This document shows positions 27,286 through 36,472 of a DNA stretch of 61,879 nt, piece after piece (position 1 is the stretch's first letter; each line of letters starts with the position of its first letter). Made by a program: the position numbers and the translations under genes. The stretch lies in IMG/VR virus record IMGVR_UViG_3300032073_003536, positions 1-61,879 of that record. One strand, written 5' to 3'. This DNA is from a virus (taxonomy: Duplodnaviria > Caudoviricetes). The notes below the pieces were generated by a model. It worked only from the letters and a program-made list of their open reading frames with translations. It was not told the origin of the DNA and made no database searches.

Positions 27286-27581
27286 TAGACCAAGTTATTG
27301 CAAATTTAAGAAGAGTCTTTGATCCAGAGATTCATTTAAATGTTTATGACTTAGGTTTGATATATAATGTCCAAGTAAATCAAGAATATGATGCAGTCGT
27401 TACTATGACCCTGACATCTCCAAATTGTCCAGCCGCAGAGATACTACCAATGGAAATAGAATTTGCAACTCGTAGTGTACAAGGATTAAATAAAGTTCAT
27501 GTACATTTAACATTTGATCCTCCATGGAATCCAGATACAATGGTAAGCGATGAAGGGAAGTATCAACTAGGAATATTATAA
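27246..27581 (+). CDS. sufT: DUF59/SufT (PaaD-like) Fe-S assembly factor
   Basis: DPEI..NVYDLGLIY, MTLTSPNCP, FDPPW. Confidence 0.9.
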   Translation: MESDGKVGLQEQLVDQVIANLRRVFDPEIHLNVYDLGLIYNVQVNQEYDAVVTMTLTSPNCPAAEILPMEIEFATRSVQGLNKVHVHLTFDPPWNPDTMVSDEGKYQLGIL

Positions 27582-27940
27582 TGAGTAGAACTGTTAAACC
27601 ACATTCAGAAAAATTAGATGATGTTATCATTGAAACAGCCAAAGGACAAGAGTTTACTGTAGGCGAGATTAAACACTCTAATAGAATACAGAAAAGTGCT
27701 ACACCTAAACAAGACCTCAGTTGGTATATTAAGTGGACCGCAAGTTTGTTTATACTTGGAAGTATGAGTATTAGAGGTATACCAGAACTTGCTATGTTTG
27801 ATATAATGCTAAGTCTTATTGGAGTAGCAGGATGGATGTGGGTAGGCTTCTTGTGGAAAGATAGAGCACTCATATTGTTAAATGGTGTAGGTATTATACT
27901 GTTTATGAGAACACTAATTACGGATTACTTACTTGTATGA
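27581..27940 (+). CDS. Membrane protein
   Basis: WYIKWTAS...W.DRALILLN; three TM helices. Confidence 0.75.
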   Translation: MSRTVKPHSEKLDDVIIETAKGQEFTVGEIKHSNRIQKSATPKQDLSWYIKWTASLFILGSMSIRGIPELAMFDIMLSLIGVAGWMWVGFLWKDRALILLNGVGIILFMRTLITDYLLV

Positions 27941-29448
27941 CTGTAGATGTAAGAGAATTGCCTTGTACTGATGGTAATGTAATAGACTTAGCAAATCCAG
28001 ACATAACACAGTTCACACAATGGCAAGTGCCTAGTAATGATACTCAACATACTCACCCCTTAGTAATGAGTAACGATCCATTTTTTAATTTGCGAGGTAT
28101 AACTAGAGAATTATTTGCTGATGTATCTTCAGAAGAACAGTTTTTAGCAGTAGACTTTTTTATACCAACTAGTGGATTTAGTGAATGGTCACCTAGTGGT
28201 AACTTGTATATCAGTCACGGGTTACGAGACCAGCAAATAGAATTTCTTATGAGTTGGTTTGAGAACTACGAAGAAATAAACAAAACATTAATATTAAGTT
28301 TTTGCGATGAAAGTCCAGAGTTAGAATCTGCTCTAGAAACAATTTACAGTTTAATGGCAATTTATAGTATTCCTAATAAGAAAGTAATTTTAATGGGACA
28401 CAATTTTGCAGGACAAGAAGTTGTTAATAGTTTTGCAAAAGAAAATGGCGAAGTACCTTTACAATATATAGTAGCATGGTGGATGTTAGGACATTTAGAT
28501 TGTACAGATATAGAAAAAATAGCAGAACGCCATTACGATTATTTAGAAGAAGGAACATACCAAACGTATCTGTACGAACCAATTAGTATGGAACAAAAAC
28601 GTAACACATTTATTTTTCTCAATAGAAGAGAAACAGCAAATAGAATTGCATTGCTTTGGTGGTTATGGAAGTTAGGTGTAAAACATTATAGATTTATACA
28701 TAGTGCATTTCCTCCTCTAAGATTATTTGGATTAAGTGAAACAAGAGAAGATGCAAGTCCTAGTGAAGATCCTTCTAAACGTAATCACTATACTAAAATA
28801 TTTTTTGATAGCATACTAAAACACATAGCACCAAAACTTGTTGACGAACTTACAGATAAAGATGTACATGATTTTGTAGTACAAATGGATGTAGGTAAAA
28901 CACTTAAAGGCGACCATAAGTTTATCGGAGACCAAGAGTCTAAGTTCGTGCCATTGAATAATGATGCATACATTTGGTTAACCTGTGAAAGTACAAGCGA
29001 ACTAAAAGGCAAGAATTTTTTCTTTACAGAAAAAGTATTAAAACCTATGGCTTATGGACAGGCACTAGTGGTACATGCACAACCAGGCTTTATAAAAGCA
29101 TTCAAGGAATTAGGTTTTTACACATTAGCAGATGAATTAGGCATAGACGAAAGTTACGACAACATAGAAGATGAGGGAGAACGTCTAGAGTTTATTGCTA
29201 AAGAAATGATAAAAATTAGCAAAGTGCCTGTAACTGAATTACATAAAAAATATATACTATTACAAGACAAAATAGATTCAAACAGAAAACTTATGTTTTC
29301 GATGTTAAGTAATATTAGCAATAATTTTACAGACAATCAAAGTAAGTATATAACAGAAGCAATCATTAATAATACAGCACATGATACTAAAACAGCACTA
29401 AAAAGTTACAAAGAATTATTTGACATTAAAACTATTGTTAATAAATAG
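27937..29448 (+). CDS. Glycosyltransferase-like phage protein
   Basis: FLNRR...R, CES...FTEKVLKPM, ELGFYT, DESYD. Confidence 0.55.
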   Translation: MTVDVRELPCTDGNVIDLANPDITQFTQWQVPSNDTQHTHPLVMSNDPFFNLRGITRELFADVSSEEQFLAVDFFIPTSGFSEWSPSGNLYISHGLRDQQIEFLMSWFENYEEINKTLILSFCDESPELESALETIYSLMAIYSIPNKKVILMGHNFAGQEVVNSFAKENGEVPLQYIVAWWMLGHLDCTDIEKIAERHYDYLEEGTYQTYLYEPISMEQKRNTFIFLNRRETANRIALLWWLWKLGVKHYRFIHSAFPPLRLFGLSETREDASPSEDPSKRNHYTKIFFDSILKHIAPKLVDELTDKDVHDFVVQMDVGKTLKGDHKFIGDQESKFVPLNNDAYIWLTCESTSELKGKNFFFTEKVLKPMAYGQALVVHAQPGFIKAFKELGFYTLADELGIDESYDNIEDEGERLEFIAKEMIKISKVPVTELHKKYILLQDKIDSNRKLMFSMLSNISNNFTDNQSKYITEAIINNTAHDTKTALKSYKELFDIKTIVNK

Positions 29449-29479
29449 TGTAATTAAAATATCTATATAGGAAATTAAA

Positions 29480-30058
29480 ATGGCAATTGAAATGACAGTA
29501 CCATCTATTAGTTGGATGGCTCGTAAAAAACCTGAAGGTCAGGACGACTATGACTGGGTACAAGAAAACTCTGCAGAACTATTTAACAACAAAAGAGTTG
29601 TAGTTTTTGCACTACCTGGTGCATTTACTCCAACATGCAGTAGTACACATTTACCAGGGTACGAAGCAAACTATGAAAAGATTTTAGAACAAGATGTTGA
29701 TGAAGTTTATTGTTTAAGTGTAAACGATAGTTTTGTTATGAACGCATGGTTTAGTTCTTTAGGTATCAATGATGTAAAACCTATTGCAGACGGCAACGGG
29801 CACTTCACACGTCATATGGGTATGCTTGTTAAGAAAGAAGCAGTAGACTTTGGATATAGAAGTCAACGATATTCTATGGTTGTAGACCGCGGTAGAGTAG
29901 AAATGATTTTTGTTGAAGATGGAAAAGAAGACAATTTTGCTGGTGACCCTTTTGATGTTAGTGATTCTACTTCAATGTTAAATTATTTAGAAGCAGTTAA
30001 AGATATCAGAAGAGAAGAGTTAGCAAGAGCGAATGCAGAAGATTCAACTGATTCTTGA
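29480..30058 (+). CDS. Peroxiredoxin (Prx5 type)
   Basis: LPGAFTPTCS, SVNDSFVMNAW, ADGNG, RYSM. Confidence 0.95.
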   Translation: MAIEMTVPSISWMARKKPEGQDDYDWVQENSAELFNNKRVVVFALPGAFTPTCSSTHLPGYEANYEKILEQDVDEVYCLSVNDSFVMNAWFSSLGINDVKPIADGNGHFTRHMGMLVKKEAVDFGYRSQRYSMVVDRGRVEMIFVEDGKEDNFAGDPFDVSDSTSMLNYLEAVKDIRREELARANAEDSTDS

Positions 30059-30941
30059 AAACGAATCCAAAACTAAATTAGAAAAGATAGAATGGGGTCT
30101 ATATGATACCCATTCTGCATTCAAAGTATACAATCTTTTAGAATATACTAAGCCTGGAAGTAATATGTTTCCTAGGATAGACGTACGACAAAAGAAAACA
30201 GCAGAAACAACATTAGACCTTGCAACAGAAATGAATTGGGTTATAGATGAAATTAATGCTGAGTGTGATGGTTGTGAAATAGACTTAGCACTAAAGTTAG
30301 ATTTAGAAGTACCACCACATCAACAAGTTAAAAAACTTAATACATTACATGAGATTTTTCAACTGTACACCGAAAAATACGGCACAGGGATAAACAGAAC
30401 ACAAGAGTTATTAGAACGTGTAAACATATTAGTTCACATGCTAGAAGCAGGTCCTGTTGAAATTGACCAGGTATTTTTTGTAGCAAAACAAGAAGGGCCT
30501 ATCCCTAATGAATTAGATTTAGAAATGACTGATGAAGACCATATGGAACGTAAGCCACATGCTCTTTGGGGTGTGCTTGAATTAGATTATCATACAGTAG
30601 GAAAAGATTTAGGTGCTTGTTTTTGGACAGATGATATTGAATTAGTTGCAAGTGGAGAACTTAGACAACAAACAACACTAAAGCCTAGTATAGCCGCAAA
30701 TTTTATGACAGGCCCTGAAATGGGACCGTCAGAGGATAAAGATAACGCAACTATACAGCAATACTATGATTGGTGTGCAGATAATAAATTAGATGAATAT
30801 ATAGATTATACTCTTCCCGTATATCGATTAGGGAGAATGAGAGTAGGTGAAATGACCAATGACCTAAATATTAGCGACATTCAAACCATGGCAATTGAAT
30901 ATCCGAGTATTAAAGAAATTATGTTGATAAATGATAAATAA
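30033..30941 (+). CDS. Hypothetical protein
   Basis: Long ORF; LNTLHEIF, NILVHMLE, LDYHTVGK. Confidence 0.75.
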   Translation: MQKIQLILENESKTKLEKIEWGLYDTHSAFKVYNLLEYTKPGSNMFPRIDVRQKKTAETTLDLATEMNWVIDEINAECDGCEIDLALKLDLEVPPHQQVKKLNTLHEIFQLYTEKYGTGINRTQELLERVNILVHMLEAGPVEIDQVFFVAKQEGPIPNELDLEMTDEDHMERKPHALWGVLELDYHTVGKDLGACFWTDDIELVASGELRQQTTLKPSIAANFMTGPEMGPSEDKDNATIQQYYDWCADNKLDEYIDYTLPVYRLGRMRVGEMTNDLNISDIQTMAIEYPSIKEIMLINDK

Positions 30942-30971
30942 TAACATTAATACTATAGTAGGAGTTTTTAA

Positions 30972-31799
30972 ATGACCGATTTTGTACTACCAACACAGGA
31001 TACATTCGACGCAGTAGACAGCAGTGGATATACCATTACTGATGGCGATGCAGGCTTCTTAACAAAAGAAGTTGGATCAGCGATTAAAATATTAGCAGAT
31101 CAAATGCCAAACAGTGAAATGATTCATGTTCGCTCACCAAGAACAGCAACAGGAAAAACAGAAAAGTTTATAACAGATAATATTGCAGATGCTGATGCAA
31201 TGCCTAAAATTGTAACTTCTGATTTCTTTGGTAATACATTATTAGACTGCACAAACTTTTTTACATACACTGGCAATCATGCAAAAATTTATAAAAATAT
31301 TTTCCAAGCACCCGTTGTAACAAACGATGGTGATGGCAATCCTACTCAATTAGTAATTGGATCTGTTAATGATGGAGACATTACTCTCGATTTAACACAA
31401 GATCCACCAAGCAGAAGTTCGTCACAACTTGCATCTATGAACGATTTAGATGAACAGTTCAATATGTCAACTATGGTTAATCAAGGCGGAACAGCATTAG
31501 GTACAGAATCAGATAACTTTAAACCTGAACTTGTTGTTGCTATGTTAAATCCAGTAGCAAGTGCAAAAACTGCCTGGGATCAATATGCGGCTGTAACATT
31601 ACTAGCCAGTTGTTTTAATAACCTACCTGACAATGGTGTTATGCTTGTTAATCACGTTGAATATAGTGCATTAAATCAGGCTTTATGGGCAGTACTAAAT
31701 GCTCAAACTTCTGTAGGAAGAACATACAACATTAGTTGGATTGCATCAGAAGGTGCAGATCAAGTACTTGACGTAGCCGTTATTAAAAGACTATCCTAA
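30972..31799 (+). CDS. Hypothetical protein, tandem paralog 1
   Basis: Colinear similarity with 31821..32651; GATAAATA at 30933-30940. Confidence 0.75.
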   Translation: MTDFVLPTQDTFDAVDSSGYTITDGDAGFLTKEVGSAIKILADQMPNSEMIHVRSPRTATGKTEKFITDNIADADAMPKIVTSDFFGNTLLDCTNFFTYTGNHAKIYKNIFQAPVVTNDGDGNPTQLVIGSVNDGDITLDLTQDPPSRSSSQLASMNDLDEQFNMSTMVNQGGTALGTESDNFKPELVVAMLNPVASAKTAWDQYAAVTLLASCFNNLPDNGVMLVNHVEYSALNQALWAVLNAQTSVGRTYNISWIASEGADQVLDVAVIKRLS

Positions 31800-31820
31800 T
31801 AATCACTGATAAATATCAGT

Positions 31821-32651
31821 ATGACAGACTTACAGCATCCTACTGAAGCATACATACGTGATTTAGAAATTTATGACTACGTTTGGGACGATTTATCAGA
31901 TGGTCTTATAACTAATGAACATGGTTCCATAATCAAACATTATGTTGACCAATTACAATCCACAGATACTATATTACTTAGAGAACCATTAAGTGGTACA
32001 GGCAAAAGTGCAAAGTTTATTATAGACAATGCAGAAAACCCAGACAACATTCCTAACATAGTAGTACAAGATGTATTCCAAAATACATTTTTATACTGCG
32101 GTGAGTTTTGGGATATTGTAGAAGACGATGCAAGAGTGTTTCAAAATCCACAATTACCAGACGAGATCCATTATGATGAAGCAGGTGATATTATAGGTAC
32201 CACTAGAACATTCCCTAGTGGAGAATCATATTATATGGACTTAACTACTGATCCTGAATTACGGTCTCCTGAACAATTAAAAACAGTATTAAACGATTCT
32301 GCTGACGATATGAGCAGAATGGTAAATGTAAATGATGTCCAACTAGGAACATCAGATGATTCTTTTATGCCAGAAACTACTGTAATATTTCCTTTCCCTA
32401 TTAGTACAGGATATCCATCGCATGAAGCAGAAGGATTAGTTAATCAAATAATTAGTTCTCTTCGTCATACACCTGTTGGCGGAGTAGTAATTCTAATAGA
32501 TATACACTACGATCGTGTTAATAAGCAAATGTGGAGATCTATAGAACCTTTACAAGACCTTGGTTGGGTATTTGACATACAATGGCTATTAAATTCAGAA
32601 GATGACGAAACTGGTGCATGGAAAGCCGCCGCAATTAAACGAATCCAATAG
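31821..32651 (+). CDS. Hypothetical protein, tandem paralog 2
   Basis: Paralog of the preceding gene; GATAAATA at 31808-31815. Confidence 0.75.
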   Translation: MTDLQHPTEAYIRDLEIYDYVWDDLSDGLITNEHGSIIKHYVDQLQSTDTILLREPLSGTGKSAKFIIDNAENPDNIPNIVVQDVFQNTFLYCGEFWDIVEDDARVFQNPQLPDEIHYDEAGDIIGTTRTFPSGESYYMDLTTDPELRSPEQLKTVLNDSADDMSRMVNVNDVQLGTSDDSFMPETTVIFPFPISTGYPSHEAEGLVNQIISSLRHTPVGGVVILIDIHYDRVNKQMWRSIEPLQDLGWVFDIQWLLNSEDDETGAWKAAAIKRIQ

Positions 32652-32673
32652 TTTATAATAATAAATAGTTTTT

Positions 32674-33888
32674 ATGAAACTCGCTATCACTGGAGTGGGT
32701 ATAGTCTCGCCTTTAGGCAATACTCTCTCTGAAAACATTAAGAATCTTAAGGCATTAGAAGTTCCAATACAAGACTATAGACAACAAGGTCATTTTAGTG
32801 ATTGGATACTAGAAGTAAAAAAAGCATTTCATTGCAATTATGATGATGTAGATATTGAACATCTTATAAAGAAAAAGGATAAACGTTGGATTGATCCAAC
32901 TGTAGTATCTAGTATGATTGCAGTAGAAGAAGCAGTTAAACAAAGCGGTTTAGATTTCCCACATGACACTCCTGTAATAGTAGGAACTATTAGAGGCGGT
33001 GCTCCTAACCTAGCAAGGTACGGGCAAATACTAAATGACAAAAGACGTAAAGTACACCCACAAATACTATTAAGTAGTTCACATGAGTACGTTAGCAACC
33101 ATATAAGCAGTCATTACAAGTGGCATGGGCCAAGTATGGGTACTAGCGGAACATGTATTAGCGGTGTACAAGCATTGGATATAGCAAAGAAATATATGAT
33201 TACTGAAGGTTATACCTGTGCTATTGTTGGCGGAACAGATTTTATGACAAGTTCTATGAGTACTATATACTTCCAACTGTTAGGTGCTATTAGCCAAACA
33301 GGAAAAAGTGTACCTTGGGACGAAAGTCGAGATGGTTTTGTTATGGGAGAAGGTAGTGTTTACCTAGTAGTAGAACCATTAGAGTTGGCCCGTAAGAGAG
33401 GGGCAAACATTAGGTGGGTAGTTGACGGTCTCGGGATAGCGAACGATGGGGCTCACCCTACTCAACCTGACCTTGAAGGCACTGGTGCCAGAATTGCTAT
33501 AGATAAGGCTTTATCACAAGCAGGCACTAGTGCTGGAGATTATAATGTATTAAATGCACATGCCACAAGCACACCATTTGGTGATCCTGTAGAGTATAAC
33601 GTGTTGAAAGATTACTTTCCAGAGCAAAGTTATTTGTACGGTAACAAAGGACAAATAGGCCATTTAATGGGTGCAAGTGGATTAGCAGAAGTTGTATTAG
33701 GTGCAGAAGCAATGGTAGACGGATTTGTTCCAGCAAACGCCGGCTTAGAAAAACCTTTTACAGATGACAACTATTTTAATTTATTAACACAACCAACAGA
33801 GGAGTCGTACACCAGAATGTTTAAAACATCTTTTGGATTTGGTGGAAGAAGTGCGGCAGTGAGTATAGTAGATGAAAGAGAAATTTAA
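32674..33888 (+). CDS. Beta-ketoacyl-ACP synthase (FabF-like)
   Basis: ITGVGIVSPLG, catalytic C (GTCISG), NAHATST, GHLMGASG, FGFGG. Confidence 0.92.
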   Translation: MKLAITGVGIVSPLGNTLSENIKNLKALEVPIQDYRQQGHFSDWILEVKKAFHCNYDDVDIEHLIKKKDKRWIDPTVVSSMIAVEEAVKQSGLDFPHDTPVIVGTIRGGAPNLARYGQILNDKRRKVHPQILLSSSHEYVSNHISSHYKWHGPSMGTSGTCISGVQALDIAKKYMITEGYTCAIVGGTDFMTSSMSTIYFQLLGAISQTGKSVPWDESRDGFVMGEGSVYLVVEPLELARKRGANIRWVVDGLGIANDGAHPTQPDLEGTGARIAIDKALSQAGTSAGDYNVLNAHATSTPFGDPVEYNVLKDYFPEQSYLYGNKGQIGHLMGASGLAEVVLGAEAMVDGFVPANAGLEKPFTDDNYFNLLTQPTEESYTRMFKTSFGFGGRSAAVSIVDEREI

Positions 33889-34375
33889 AAAAGCATTCAT
33901 GGATTGTGCAGAGAGATTTGCACAATTAAGTACTGCCAAACGTGCTCAGGTAGGTGCAATCATTGTAAAAGATAATCGTATTATTAGTATTGGTTACAAT
34001 GGTATGCCGAGTGGTTGGACTAATGATTGCGAAACAACTGTAACTTGGAATGATGTTCCTCACATGCGTAGAGAATACGAAGAATCAGGTGCAACATTTC
34101 ATGAATCTCCACACGGTAGTACATGGAGTAAACTAAAAACAAAAGACGAAGTATTACATGCAGAAACAAATGCAATAGCCAAAGTTGCACAAAGTAATGA
34201 TAATTGCAAAGATGCTACACTATTTTGTACACATGAGCCTTGTATACAATGTGCTAAATTAATATTTCAATCAGGTATTACAACTGTATATTACAAACAT
34301 TCATATGATGCCGCAGTTGGTAGAGGAAGAGAATTTTTAGATAGAAGTGGGTGTACTGTGGAACAAATGTCGTGA
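33872..34375 (+). CDS. dCMP deaminase
   Basis: GYNG, HAETNAI, PCIQC. Confidence 0.93.
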   Translation: MKEKFKKAFMDCAERFAQLSTAKRAQVGAIIVKDNRIISIGYNGMPSGWTNDCETTVTWNDVPHMRREYEESGATFHESPHGSTWSKLKTKDEVLHAETNAIAKVAQSNDNCKDATLFCTHEPCIQCAKLIFQSGITTVYYKHSYDAAVGRGREFLDRSGCTVEQMS

Positions 34376-35304
34376 AAGTAGAAAAGTTAAATGCAGGAAT
34401 ATTAATAGACTGTGATATAAGTAATTTAACAGAACAAGACTACCAAGACATTAACGAATTATACCTAGACAAGTTATTAATAACATTTAAAAATCAACCC
34501 TTCCAAACAATTCCTTTTGCAAAACTTATAAACAAAATGGGTTCCTTTGCAAATTGGAATCAAATGCTATGGAAACAAGATGGCACAAACCTTGCTAAAC
34601 AAGAATATGTAGATCCAGCAACATTTAATGGTGCTGACAATGATTACCCATTACAACGTGTTACAGGTGAAAAAACAGATAAAGGATTAGCAACAGGTAT
34701 ATTTGGTAACGGTGAATTAGATTGGCATAGTAATATGAATGGTGATATGGATCGTGCTAGAGGAGTAGCATTACAAGGTGCATGGCATAGTGAGAATACA
34801 CATACTGCATTTATGGATACTGTAAAAGCATATGATGATATGAGTGACGAGCTAAAACAACGTTGCGAGGGTGTAATAGGACATTATGAATATGCTCCTG
34901 AAAATTGGGCAAAAGGTGTTCCTACTCCACAACTGCAATTAATGAAAGGCTTTGGAATGGTAGACCATAGATATACTATGCCTTTAGTTAATGAAGGCTT
35001 CAATGGTAAGAAAGGATTATACTTTCATTTTCATAATAATTGTAAATTTAGACAAGATAAAGAATTAAAACAAGTTCTAATGGATCATTGTTTTCAAGAT
35101 AAGTACATATACAATCATAAATGGAATCCAGGCGATATAGTTATAAGTGACCAAGTACTTACACTACACAAAAGAGTAGAGTGGGAACCAGAGATTATAG
35201 CAAAACGTGTTCTACACAGAATAACATTCCATTATGACAACATGATAGAAGATTATTTTAACAAATATACCAAAATAAAAGAGTCAAATACACTAGAATA
35301 TTAG
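34372..35304 (+). CDS. TauD/TfdA-family Fe(II)/2-oxoglutarate dioxygenase
   Basis: WHSN, T.F.D...AY..MS, HKWNPGDIVISDQ..TLHKR, RVLHR. Confidence 0.85.
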   Translation: MKVEKLNAGILIDCDISNLTEQDYQDINELYLDKLLITFKNQPFQTIPFAKLINKMGSFANWNQMLWKQDGTNLAKQEYVDPATFNGADNDYPLQRVTGEKTDKGLATGIFGNGELDWHSNMNGDMDRARGVALQGAWHSENTHTAFMDTVKAYDDMSDELKQRCEGVIGHYEYAPENWAKGVPTPQLQLMKGFGMVDHRYTMPLVNEGFNGKKGLYFHFHNNCKFRQDKELKQVLMDHCFQDKYIYNHKWNPGDIVISDQVLTLHKRVEWEPEIIAKRVLHRITFHYDNMIEDYFNKYTKIKESNTLEY

Positions 35305-35333
35305 TTGACTTTTACAACCAAAGGTACTATAAT
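35305..35333 (+). promoter_or_regulatory. Sigma70-type promoter, predicted leaderless transcript
   Basis: TTGACT-N17-TATAAT, 6 nt before the ATG. Confidence 0.78.
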
Positions 35334-35339
35334 ACTAAC

Positions 35340-35585
35340 ATGGTAAAAAAATCTAAAACACAAATGACTAAAGCAGAGTTAATAGAACTATGCTATGAGT
35401 ATGAGTCAGTAATTAAAGATCTTAAAGACGCAGTAACCAATCTAGAAAATGACAGAATTGGATTAGATACAATAGTTGCTGACAACGACACTAGTTTCTT
35501 AATATCAGGCATGAATGCTAGGATTAAAAAATTAGAAGATAAAATTTTAGAGCTCGGGCAAAGTGAAAGGAAAGAGTATGAGTAA
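35340..35585 (+). CDS. Coiled-coil hypothetical protein
   Basis: Heptad pattern. Confidence 0.7.
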   Translation: MVKKSKTQMTKAELIELCYEYESVIKDLKDAVTNLENDRIGLDTIVADNDTSFLISGMNARIKKLEDKILELGQSERKEYE

Positions 35586-35961
35586 TTTAGTATTCGTTTA
35601 CGGGTCACTAAAAAGTGGCGGCATGGTAAGAGGATTGGATGGATTCCCTGGAGCAACTATCGTAGGTAAAGCAAAGACAACATATCCAGATTATAATATG
35701 TTAGACTTAGGAAGTTTTCCTGCTGTAGTCAAAGGAGAGAAATATATTCAAGGTGAAGTTTGGGAAGTAGATGACACAACTTTTCAAGAACTTGATATGA
35801 TAGAAGGCTATCCTGAATTTTACAAAAGAGTTAAAACAGAAACAACACAAGGTAGAGCATGGATGTACTTCTTAGAAAGTGACCAATACCGTTCATTAAT
35901 GCATCCTGAGTCTGATAACATAGACTTGGATGGTGACACACTAATTTGGAAAACAAAATGA
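35578..35961 (+). CDS. Gamma-glutamylcyclotransferase family protein
   Basis: VFVYGSLK, GEVWEV, LDMIEGYP, AWMY. Confidence 0.9.
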   Translation: MSNLVFVYGSLKSGGMVRGLDGFPGATIVGKAKTTYPDYNMLDLGSFPAVVKGEKYIQGEVWEVDDTTFQELDMIEGYPEFYKRVKTETTQGRAWMYFLESDQYRSLMHPESDNIDLDGDTLIWKTK

Positions 35962-36275
35962 AACCAGAAACAACACAACTAGTTGCACTAGTAGAACATA
36001 TCAGACATTGGCATCATGCAAGAAATTTAATTGAAGGTGCTACCGATAAGGATCAACTAGCAAAACTTATACAAGAAATGGGCGAACTGTCTGACAATAT
36101 TTGTAAAGGCAAAGATATTAGAGATGATATCGGCGACATGATTGTAGTTTTGATTAACATTGCGGAACGCAATAATGTTTCGTTAACAGAATGCTTAGAC
36201 CAAGCATGGAACGACATCAAGGATCGTAAAGGAAAGATGGTCGACGGCATCTTTATTAAAGAAGGAGACGACTAA
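35958..36275 (+). CDS. MazG-like nucleotide pyrophosphohydrolase
   Basis: QLAKLIQEMGEL, DDIGD, AWNDIKDRKG. Confidence 0.88.
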   Translation: MKPETTQLVALVEHIRHWHHARNLIEGATDKDQLAKLIQEMGELSDNICKGKDIRDDIGDMIVVLINIAERNNVSLTECLDQAWNDIKDRKGKMVDGIFIKEGDD

Positions 36276-36276
36276 A

Positions 36277-36444
36277 ATGGGTATGCTAGAAACAGTGACA
36301 CAAAAAATTAAAGAAGCAGTTTGGTGGCACGAAGACATGGTAGAAGATTTTGCAGAAAAATATAATTTAAGTATATATCAAGCATCTTGGATAAGTTTTA
36401 TAAAAGGTGTAATTGTAGTATTATTCCTGCAATGGTTATTCTAA
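36277..36444 (+). CDS. Small membrane protein
   Basis: AGGAG RBS; YQASWISFIKGV plus TM helix. Confidence 0.6.
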   Translation: MGMLETVTQKIKEAVWWHEDMVEDFAEKYNLSIYQASWISFIKGVIVVLFLQWLF

Positions 36445-36472
36445 ACTTTTTACTTACATAAGGAATCGCATA

